From Podarcis filfolensis (taxonomy: Eukaryota), in assembly GCA_964270895.1 (NCBI GenBank), contig OZ185437.1: 64,000 bases of DNA. The stretch is one strand, 5' to 3'. The position numbers and the translations under genes are program-made. Positions 51,037 to 61,039 of this stretch are shown here, one piece after another. The notes under the pieces were generated by a model that worked only from the letters and a program-made list of their open reading frames with translations, was not told the origin of the DNA and did no database searches. Within the stretch, counting starts at the first letter, position 1. Each line of letters opens with the position of its first letter.

Positions 51037-52249
51037 TGCCATGTCATGGAAACAAGCAATGGGATGCCCAAGAGTGAAAACTGGTGTCCTAGTGAGAATA
51101 ACGAGTCATCTCAATGCAATTGGTAAAAAGATCTCTAGCACTGAGCCCACGTGCACAAATAACTTGTCCAACCTTGTTCATAACTGATCCTAGGAGAGCA
51201 TGTGGGACTCTAGTATTTTTAAAATGGTGATCTGTATCTTTTCAACTGTATCAAATCTTAAGCACCAGCAGAACAGATACTCTCAATACCCACACTGCCT
51301 GCTATTTGATTTAGCATAAAAGGTCTTGCAAGTAGGGGACTTGCTAGTGGTAGCAAAATTTAATTTCAGAGAAATGTATGGATAGAATGAAATTAGTCGA
51401 GATATGACTATCCAACCATGACTCACTGCCCTCAGCCAAGGACGCTACTCATGGATATATTATCCCCAACAGAATCCTCCCCCCGTCCCGTCTTCTGTAG
51501 GATATTATTTTATGTCCAAAGTGTATCTGGTTGTCTATTATTTCCCATGCTTCTATCTGAAATACAGTTGCCCATTGTCCTCGACAACACACTCCTGTTT
51601 TCAATTCAGAGCATTCCCTTTTATGTGCTAGAGATGTCTCTTGTTTAATTGGATCACTTTATTTTCTTTTCACAGATCATTTCAGTTTTTTATGATATTC
51701 CCTTTACTTTTTGTAATATAGCTTTGCAGCAGAAATGTTATTGTTCAGGTTGAGACACATTTTCTATTCTAAGTCTATTCTCAGCCACTTGAAACAGTTC
51801 CAAAATATTTCTTTAAAGTGAAGGATTTTTTTTTAAAAAAAAATGCTTGGTCTTCAATTCAGAGAGGTATTTGAAGTTACATAAGCCTCCTACACCCAGT
51901 ACTAAAGAAAAACAGTTTTCCCATCAACTAAGTAATTGAATGCTCTTTTCACAATCTGATAATTCTGTAGTTTTGTTTTAAAACTTCAAATATGAAATAT
52001 GTATTGCATCTGTTAGGGGGAAAATGACTGGGCTGTATAGTTCAGAATTTTTTTTTAAAAAAAAGAATAACCAAGGTTCTTCACATATTAACAACTCATA
52101 CACAGGAATAAAATTAATGGAGGGCATCGCTGCATAGCACAAGTTTCATCAGATTATCAGAATTAGGATTATGCTGAAGACTCCAAACTATATGTTTGGA
52201 AAAAAATCACGCAATCAGTCATCTAACTGCGAACCTGCTGTGCTGCAAA

Positions 52250-52570
52250 TGGACATGCCTGAGGCAATTACCGGGATCTGCCCAGACTTCATGCAGGGTT
52301 TATTGCTCAATCGAAAAAACAAGGTCCAGAGTGTGGCCTGCCATGTGTGTTGGGCCAGTGACATGTTGGGACAGCCCCATGGTTGTCATGGCGGCCATGA
52401 AGTCCTGAGCCACCCCAGAGCCAGCTGCCTCAGCATGGATGTTGAAGTCTCCCAGAACCAGAAGACTGGGAGTCCTCAACACCGCCTCTGAGACCAGCTT
52501 TGTCAGCTGAGGCAGGGAGACTGCTGGGCAGCGAGGTGCTAGTACAGGGCAGCAGGGATCCTGCTACAGG
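52250..52570 (-). mobile_element. L2 APE-endonuclease relic
   Basis: LLVLGDFNIH...GLSQHVTGPTHMAGHTLDLVF are the canonical APE endonuclease motifs (GDFN, TH..G.TLD). Confidence 0.85.
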
Positions 52571-52728
52571 TGTTTGTCCTCCAATGCACAGAGTCCAGTG
52601 GAGAGAGGCATAGTGATGAGATGGATGATGGGGTGAGCAAAACTAGCAGACATATCTCTGCTCTCCCTCACAGCAGCATAGTGCCTGAAATGGGCCAGTA
52701 TTTCCTGAAGAACCAGGTTTTAGGGCCT

Positions 52729-53109
52729 TTGTTGTTGTTTAGTCGTGTCTGACTCTTCAAGACCCCATGGACCAGAGCACGCCAGGCACTTCTGTCTTCC
52801 ACTGCCTCCTACAGTTTGGTCAAACTCATGCTGGTAGCTTCGAGAACACTATCTATCCAACCATCTCGTCCTCTGTCGTCCCCTTCTCCTTGTGCCCTCC
52901 ATCTTTCCCAACATCAGGGTTTTTTCCAGGGAGTCTTCTTTTCTCATGAGGTGGCCAAAGTATTGGAGCCTCAGCTTTAGGATCTCTCCTTCCAGTGAGC
53001 ACTCAGGGCTGATTTCCTTCAGAATGGATAGGTTTGATCTTCTTGCAGTCCATGGGACTCTCAAGAGTCTCCTCCAGCATCATAATTCAAAGGCATCAAT
53101 TATTCGGCG
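52729..53109 (-). mobile_element. BovB (RTE-clade LINE) 3' fragment with TSD
   Basis: Encodes RVPWTARRSNLSILKEISPECSLEGEILKLRLQYFGHLMRKEDSLEKTLMLGKMEGTRRRGRQRTRWLD, the classic BovB C-terminus. (CAA)n tail. 8-bp TSD TAGGGCCT at 52721-52728 and 53110-53117. Confidence 0.95.
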
Positions 53110-53354
53110 TAGGGCCTAGTTTCCTTCATTTAGGACTCCCACATACATTTGGATCACAATTGCTTAATTGGTGCCATTTGGGGACTTTCTGTCTGATTAT
53201 GAGCTGCTATAATCTTATTATATCTAAATGCATTGTAAAACTGTCTTATGGGTCATTTCAAAAGATTAAGTGACAGCCAAGGAGGTCGCTCTTTGTGTTT
53301 GTCTTTTCAAAAGTTTGAGCAAACACAAACTATAAAACCTGGGTCAATAGGCTC

Positions 53355-53445
53355 ACTCTAATCCTCTAAGGTGCTACTGGAAGGATTTTTTAAATTTTGT
53401 TTCGACTATGGCAGACCAACACAGCTAGCTACCTGTAACTAGATC
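53355..53445 (+). mobile_element. Penelope-like element terminal fragment
   Basis: TAAGGTGCTACTGGA...TTTTGTTTCGACTATGGCAGACCAACACAGCTA resembles recalled reptile Penelope termini (AAGGTGC.AC.GGA...CAGAC.AACACGGCTA). Confidence 0.5.
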
Positions 53446-54634
53446 TAATCCTCCTCTTTATCTTGTATTTCCACCTTTTCCCATTTATTAAATAGCTCTC
53501 GCATACAGTGATATCGTAAGATGAATGCAAAGCACTCTTTGTGAAATGCCTTTTGTGTGATGCACTAGAGAAGTTTAGTTAGGTTTCAATGTATTTCTTT
53601 TATATTTATTATTAGCAATATTCATCATTCAGACCATGTGCCTTATTCCTGCTCACATGTGAAACGTTTGTAGATGATTGCTCAGATAAGGCTGTTCTAT
53701 AATTGGGATCCTGTCGTTGGTCTCTGTCACTCCCAGTCAGCCCATAGCCTCAGCTGATTGCATTAATGTTTCATTTTCTGTGACTCAGTGATGCACCTCT
53801 TTGTTCAAAGCAAAAGCTCACTACTTTTGTCCTCAATTATGTTAATTTTTAGATTCATCTTGATTTGCCTTATCTGTTTTCAGATGCAGTCAGTTGAAAA
53901 TGATACACTGTCAGTGGGAGAGTAGAAAATGCCCCTTTATGCCCTGGAAAGATTCTCTGAGAATTTGAGCATTTTTATAATAATATGAAGTGTTCAACCC
54001 CAGCATTTCTGTTCACTTCCTCTGACTGACATCTTTCACATGAAGAGAAGGAGCACATGCCCACAGGTAGTTTTTTGTTAATGGCATTCTCTTTGATATT
54101 GCAATTTAACCCACTGAAAATTTCTCTCACCTGGCCATATGGCTTAGCTATCCTTCCTTCCCACCATGTTGTCTCTAGTGCTTCAAAAGCCACAAGACCC
54201 CTTAAGACCTCACAGGGAAGAGGAAGTGCTTGTTCCTCAGCTTCAGGTGCTATGCATCTTTAGACAGTATCTGAAGTCAGCAAGGGGACAACCTTTCTGA
54301 GACGACTCTGCAACCCCAGCCAGTGATCTCTAATTTAAGAGCTGGGTGCTATCAGCAAAACAAGATTAGAAAGCTTATAAAAAATTGAAAGACGGATCAC
54401 ACTCCAAAAAATATGTCAGGGTATCGGACTTCAGCTTTAGCTGCATTTCTGGTCCCAATTCCATGCCTTCATCCTGAAATGTATTTTCCTTCTGCCATGA
54501 ATTAATTCTTGGTTGTAGCTTTCTTTAAATACAAAAAAACAAAACAAACAAAAAAACCAGCCAGCTGCAGCCTCTGGCTGTGGAACTAGTTCTTTATCAC
54601 ACTGTTCCTGACAGTGTGTGTAAAGGCTGCACGT

Positions 54635-54635
<1 letters not shown>

Positions 54636-54671
<36 letters not shown>
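54636..54671. repeat. (CA)n microsatellite
   Basis: Direct read. Confidence 0.97.
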
Positions 54672-54672
<1 letters not shown>

Positions 54673-56048
54673 CCTCCGCCTCCAAAGGAAGTTCACTGTA
54701 TCCTGCATTATGCCTGGATCACCTTCTTTCCTGTAGCCAACTATTTCTAACTGCCCAGTATTTCTTTTTGCAGTGCTTCCAGTAAGCAAATGTATCAGTA
54801 ATATATTATGGGTAAGAGATACAGAATTACTTATGTTACTATTACATCTTTGAACCCAGGAACTTAAATATCCATATGCTCTGTGGGTGGGCTTAAAGGA
54901 CTCTTCACTATTTTATACATCAGATTTCACCAGTCTGGTTTCCAGATTATTTGAACTAAACTCCCATCAGATCCAGACAGCTTGGGACATGTTTGAAGCT
55001 TTATTTTCAACTTCTACAGATTCCATTCCATTGTCTACATCTTACCCTTACTGGTGGAAAAACACTACTAGGAATAACTACAAATCTTGGTGCAGCTGAC
55101 AGTATAGGTAAAATTATCTGTTTTTTACTCATTTTAAATCCAAATACAGAAACAGACATGCATTCAGCATCTAAACTGTGTTTTGCCATTTCTCAGAAGG
55201 AGAATAATTAATATGACCTACACTCTTAATAATGGAAATGTGGTTTCAGACTGCTATACGTTGTCAGATCTGACATCTGAATTTTACATCTGCCACAGGA
55301 TCAGTGGGTTGCAGTACAGCACGGCACATATACTGGAGATAATAATAATGTCATTTGGCAGTGCTATGGCATGTTAATTGCATTGCACTATGGTGAAGTG
55401 AGGGTGACATTAAGGCTTATCAACACTCGGCCATGTTGAAGGCTCTAGTGTTTTCTTACAGATCACTGCAAACCATGTTAGACATTACCAGAAAAGAGTA
55501 TTTCAGTTATCCTAGAGAAGCATGTCATATTTTAGCAATGAAACAACTTGCTTAGAAAGAGAAGCATAATGTGTCAACAAGATGGAGTTCCACTTTCTAC
55601 AGGCTAGAGTGCCCACTCAGTAGAAGAAAGCTATACATGATTACTGCCTAGAGCCTGTGGCATAATGCAAGCAACTCAGCATTTAGCAATAATGGAAAAC
55701 GTCTGTCTCATTTTGGAAAAAAAAAGTCACAACATGATGTCCTGAAACAATTCTGCTGTGAGCCAGCTCTTTAATCTCAGCAACGTCCTCCAATGTTACC
55801 TTGCCCATAATAATATATTTATAGCACATTTTCTTAAGAGTGCGAGTTGGAACACAATGAATAAGGGGTAGAGAATCCAAAGCACAAGGAAAGAGAAATC
55901 TCTTTTATTTTACTATTTGAGAATTGATAGCCTTGTTATTTGTGCTTTAAAGACTTATAAATGGGCTAAGGAATTCTTGCTCCACGCTTAACATACTTAA
56001 ACATTAGCATTACCCCACAGATGATGGTGATAATGGTACTATTACTAT

Positions 56049-56075
56049 GAACAACAACAACAACAACAACAACAA
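56049..56075. repeat. (CAA)n microsatellite
   Basis: Direct read. Confidence 0.95.
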
Positions 56076-58486
56076 TGAGCTGGGATGGATGAGCTAACTG
56101 TTAGGTGGATTGGTAACTGGGTTACTTTTGAAAACTGCTTTTATTCTCTAGGTATGGTAAGTACTTTAAGCAGATGTGAAGCAAGATTCGAGAAATGGGC
56201 AAACAAATGAATTGAACAGTCTCACTATTGGGATGGATCCATCTATTTCCAGGCCATGTCAATTTTGCATGTGTTCATTCACAAGTCAAATCCATTCCAA
56301 CATTAATCTGCACTTAAATACGCATTTTTACTACAAAGTATGTACAAAACCAATTTTTATCCCAACATATACATGCATTTTATCCTAAAACATGCATTCT
56401 TAATGAATTTGGGTAATTTTCTGATTCAAGAAATATATCACAAGTTCAGAGAAGCATGAAATCTAAAGGATAATTATGTATTCAGCACATTTGTCCAGGA
56501 GACGTGGATCAGATCAGTTTGCATTTGGAATTCACAAAAATGGAATCGCTGTGCATAGAAATGCACCTATATATTGTGTTGGATGCTGACTGCATACAAT
56601 CCAGAGATGCAATTTTCTCTTATTGCATTGCATTGCAGCACCTGCCAGCATCAAGAACACTCCACAGGTCTCCAAGAATCTTATTCAATCTCTTGTTTTA
56701 CACTTTCATTCCATAGCAACAAATTAAAATTAGTACTGTGAATACTGATAGGGGCGTGAGCTACACATGTACCTGATAAAATAGCATTTGTAATAGGCAG
56801 ACCATGTATTCTTCCTTGATACTCAGGCCTAACCTTATCAGGAATGGAACTTCTTCCCCTTTGAACAGTAAACATCCTTTTGATATATAGCAAGCAATAT
56901 GCTAGTCTAGTACAAAACAAGACAAAGGTGCTTTATTTATTGAGCTCTCATGAGCCTTGATTACTCCAGCTTTTTCAGCAGTCAGGCTAGGTGGCACAGA
57001 GTTAACAGCTTCCATATTTTCTTGCTGGTTTCCCGTGTTAAAGACGTCAGTGCTTTACATCTCAGCTATGAAAGCGAGAAAGATTGGTCTGATGAATAGC
57101 AATGAAGGCGGAAGAACAATGTGTAATGGTAATCCCTTGGGAAATCAAATTATTGTTTTTATGAGTGAAAATAAAAAGGATTAGCCAACAGCAAAGCCAG
57201 GAAATCACTCTCAGGTATGCGGCATGCAAAATATATATTTTCAAAACTAAATCTGAGTCAAAATGAACCTTATAGAGGATACGCATTGTCTAATATCATT
57301 TTCCTAAATATATATTCAGCAGCTCCACAAGGGCAAAGGGTAACACAATGGGGGGGTCACTTAAATAGGGCTATCATACATCCTTTACAATAAAGAACAT
57401 TATTTTAGGAATATGTTTGTTATCCCTGAACACAACACCTGCGTCTAATGGCTCAGTTTGAACTCTAAGGCAAACTGTGGCTTAGCACAAAATCAGAGAG
57501 ATTGTGGCTGCTTCGCTTCTCCTCCAGTTCTGCTGCGGAGAGCAAAGCCATGGTTTGTTTCCTTCAGCTTTACCTTGTTCCCAAGCAGGGAATATGAGAT
57601 GAGTACGTTTGGAATTTCCCACCATTTAAAAGTGACATGCCACACACACAAATGCTTATGAGAAAGCCAAGCCCAAGATAAAAACCTTGACATGCTCGTT
57701 TTCCATGAACAGAGACTCTGATGCTGAGGAGTACTCAATAATGCAACCCCACCCATCCTGAAGTGGTTGGATCACTTTCCCCCTCTAAATGCTTGGGTTA
57801 GGTTTAAGATGTTGGTGACTCCTGAGATCCAGAGCCAAAAGCAGCTATCTAAAGGGTCTGCTGCATAGCCCCATTGTTCTTACTTGATGAATGGAGGGTG
57901 CTGCTGTCTGACAGAGCTATTGCTAATGAAACAGGGGAAGAGGCAGAGGCAATCTCTCTGTTTGGTTTGGACAACATTTATTTAAAATGAGCTTTCATTT
58001 GGCACTGTCATGTTATCTGCATTATTCTTCATCGATCTGCTCAAAACACACGGCATCATTTTACTTACTTGACTCTTTCGCAACCTGCCCCTCCCCAGAC
58101 CTGTTTAAATAGAGTGCTGCTTATAACAAATCCTTTGGCTCCAGAACCTTTACCGTTTTGCTGACTGCTGGGAGTTTTAAAGAGAGTCAAAGCTCTTGGC
58201 TTGTCATTTGCACAGCCCCACTCTTCACTGTAACTACTTAGATCAGCAACTTCACAAACCAATTAAAGCAAAGCATTCTGGGACAGACATACTCTACATG
58301 ACAAAGTGGTCATTTCTGTGCTGCAGCAGTGAATTATTATTATTATTTATTGGGATCTGCTCATTCTGCCACGAAGAGCAGCTCAGAGTCACCAGTGAGA
58401 CAGAGAAATTCAAATATCCCCCTCCACCCCTCCTTTACTTCACAACCTTAACTGATAGTCATAGAACTATTGGGAGTTTTTCTTAC

Positions 58487-58636
58487 CCCACAGCCCATTC
58501 CATTGCTTGGCTCACAAACTATCTTTCTGACTTCTGGTTCAGGAAGCAGACCAGCTCCACATCCTGGGGTAGGACATAGGACGCCACCCATCTGCAGAAC
58601 ACACTCTTCTGCACCATAGCACTGGTAACGGTTATA
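58487..58636 (-). CDS. PRKN: Parkin RBR E3 ubiquitin ligase, internal coding exon (orthologue of human exon 9; helix after RING1 + N-terminal IBR domain)
   Basis: Translates to [50 protein letters not shown], matching human parkin 312-361 ([50 protein letters not shown]). Exactly 150 bp, phase 0/0 like the human exon. Acceptor TTTTTTTCTCCTTTGCAG| and donor GGG|GTAAGA on the minus strand. IBR Zn ligands C332/C337/C352/C360 retained. Confidence 0.98.
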
Positions 58637-58899
58637 CTGCAAAGGAGAAAAAAAATTGTGCTGCTTTATCAGCATTTAAACATTTCAAACATACCTTCCA
58701 CTAATTTATCCAGTTAACCAGAGTCTGAAAAACCACCTTGCTGCATATGAGTTGTAAAGAGTTTCTGATCCCATCACAAGTAGGATTTGGAGTTCAGAGA
58801 TGTCCCTTTTTGCCTCTTTCCTGCTAGCTGTGCAGTTTCTGTTTCTGCAGTGTTCCAGAAGCTTTTGCTTTTCTTAGATGAACCATTGCTTGCTGCAGG

Positions 58900-59340
58900 C
58901 TCTGTTCACACATGAGAAGTCAAACCATGGCTTACTGTAAACACACAAATGTGCAGGCTCCCACAGTTCCCTGATGCTGTGTTCCTTCTCAGTTATTTTA
59001 GCTCAACGGCACTGCATGGAAACCAAGCCAAGGTGTGTTGTCTGAACATAGGATCATTGTGAAGCTCTTTCCTCTGTTACTAATACCTGTAATCAAGGTT
59101 TGGCTTACTGTGCTGTGCAAACAGGGACATGTAGTCCAAACCTGGAAAAACTGTGGTTAATCTTAACTATGGTTAGCTGAAACTACCCAGCTCTGACCCA
59201 TAGTTTATGAAGCTGGTTTATTCCAATTAACCACAGTTTTGGGTTCAGATGACATGCTAAACTACAGTTAATCTAAAGTGAAAGTAGAAGCTTCTGATTC
59301 CCTCTTTATGGCCACAGTGAAGCAGAAGAGGGAGCTCATA
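58900..59340. repeat. Cluster of palindromic interspersed repeats (AAACCATGG/AACCACAGTT motifs)
   Basis: Recurring inverted motifs AAACCATGGCTTA / TTTGGCTTA and AACTGTGGTTAA / TTAACCACAGTT. Similar motifs at ~57470-57560. Confidence 0.4.
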
Positions 59341-59951
59341 GTTTAGAATTACATCAGAACACAGCCATGCTATTCCTCTTGAACAGAAAGGCTGATAATC
59401 ACAGTTACCCCAGCTCGGCAATGCCTCCCATGCTTTGACAGAGCAGAAAGAGTATGGTTAAAGGTGGGGAGATAGTGTAAGTCTATCTCAAAGACATCTG
59501 AAAGTCTGTGCCACACATGCTGCAGCTAAAGAGCTGCCAAAATTTCTGTTATCATTCTGCACCTGAAGTAAAAAGCTTCCAGTGTGATATAAAGGGCATT
59601 GCTGTTTTGCTTTTTTTAATTTTCATGTACAAACAATACTTTAAAAAATAATCAATTCTGCTTTTGTAAGTTATAAGCAAGAAAATTGATTTACTGGGTT
59701 TGATTTGGAGGGAAAGTTGTATTTTGTCAGGGAATTTGACGTTTTCTACTGGCTCAGTATAGAAATCATGCCAAATCATTAAACTATTATTGCACTGTCA
59801 AGATTTTTTTTAAAAAAAATTTTTGTGCTACCCAAGGCAACTAAATAGGTGCATCTGAAAAGAGAAGATCCTGCTAAATGCATTCACACGTTTTACTCTC
59901 CAGTGACCAAGCTGTCTCCTGCCTTTGAATCTGAAGTATGTTTTCAAGGTA

Positions 59952-60177
59952 CAGTGGTACCTCGGGTTACAGATGCTTCAGGTTACAGACTCTGCTAACC
60001 CAGAAATAGTACCTCTGGTTAAGAACTTTGCTTCAGGATGAGAACAGAAATCGTGCTCTGGCGGCGTGGCAGCAGCAGGAGGCCCCATTAGCTAAAGTGG
60101 TGCTTCAGGTTAAGAACAGTTTCAGGTTAAGAACGGACCTCCGGAACAAATTAAGTTCTTAACCCGAGGTACCACTG
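59952..60177 (+). mobile_element. Tc1/mariner (Tigger-like) MITE
   Basis: Perfect TIR CAGTGGTACCTCGGGTTA / TAACCCGAGGTACCACTG with TA TSD. Confidence 0.9.
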
Positions 60178-60683
60178 TACCTCTTTTTCATTTTGCTCGC
60201 TTTTAATTCCTCCCCGCCCCCGCCAAAATATTATGTAGTCTTGTCTGAACCAGCGTATCACTGTAAGAAACAGCTGTACTGTTGTGAAATAAGCTACTTT
60301 CAAACGGGTTGAATAATTCACACTTTCAATCATACCTCCTTGCCTTAAAGGGGCATTAAATAATAATTTTTGAGACTGAATGTTCAAAAACAGTCCCATG
60401 TAAGCATGCACAGCATGGCAGTTGTTTGTTTGTTTGTTTATCATCATCATCCCCCCTTTTCCTCCGGTGGGATTCAAGGCGGCTTACAAATAAAAATAAG
60501 AACTGCTGAAAACAGAGACAGGAAATTATTTACAATTGGCACATAACAGTAACTCTGGTACAGCCTTGTTAGCAACATAATTATGCATAGACACATACAT
60601 CCTGATCTAGTATCTCTCAGGTTGTTCTCCAAAAGAGGCGGGCTGGTCAGCCCCTATCTGCTTCGGTTCTGACAGCCTTATAT

Positions 60684-61039
60684 AACAACAACAACAACAA
60701 CAATTTATTTATACCCCTCCCATCTGCTTGGGTCAACAACAACAACAACAATTTATTTATACCCCTCCCATCTGCTTGGGTTTCCCTAGCCACTCTGGGC
60801 GGCTCCCAGCCGAATATTAAAAACACAACGCAGCATTAAACATTAAAAACATCCCTAAACAGGGCTGCCTTCAGATGTCTTTTAAAAGTAAGACAGGGTG
60901 GGTGCCACTACTGAGAAGGCCCTCTGCCTGGTTCCCTGTACCCTCACTTCTCGCAGTGAGGGAACCGCCAGAAGGCCCTTGACGCTAGATCTCAGTATCC
61001 GAGCTGAACTATGGGGGTGGAGATGCTCCTTGAAAGGTA
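60684..61039 (-). mobile_element. L2 3' fragment with (TTG)n tail, duplicated 3' end and ~40-bp internal deletion
   Basis: Aligns to the reverse complement of 8395-8720 (KEHLHPHSSARILRSSVKGLLAVPSLREVRVQGTRQRAFSVVAP). The segment equivalent to ~8540-8580 is missing at ~60893. Confidence 0.92.

Larger units (their letters stand above)
1..58486 (-). other. PRKN: PRKN intron 9 (partial, at least 58.5 kb)
   Basis: Downstream of the exon 9 donor. No exon 10 (FxFCRxCKExYHEGEC) or exon 11/12 sequence found by eye. Giant introns are characteristic of parkin. Confidence 0.8.

Noticed and set aside
55683-55880. ORF containing IKELAH, faintly like parkin exon 8 (IKELHH)
   Set aside because: Wrong side of exon 9, and the flanking residues do not match.
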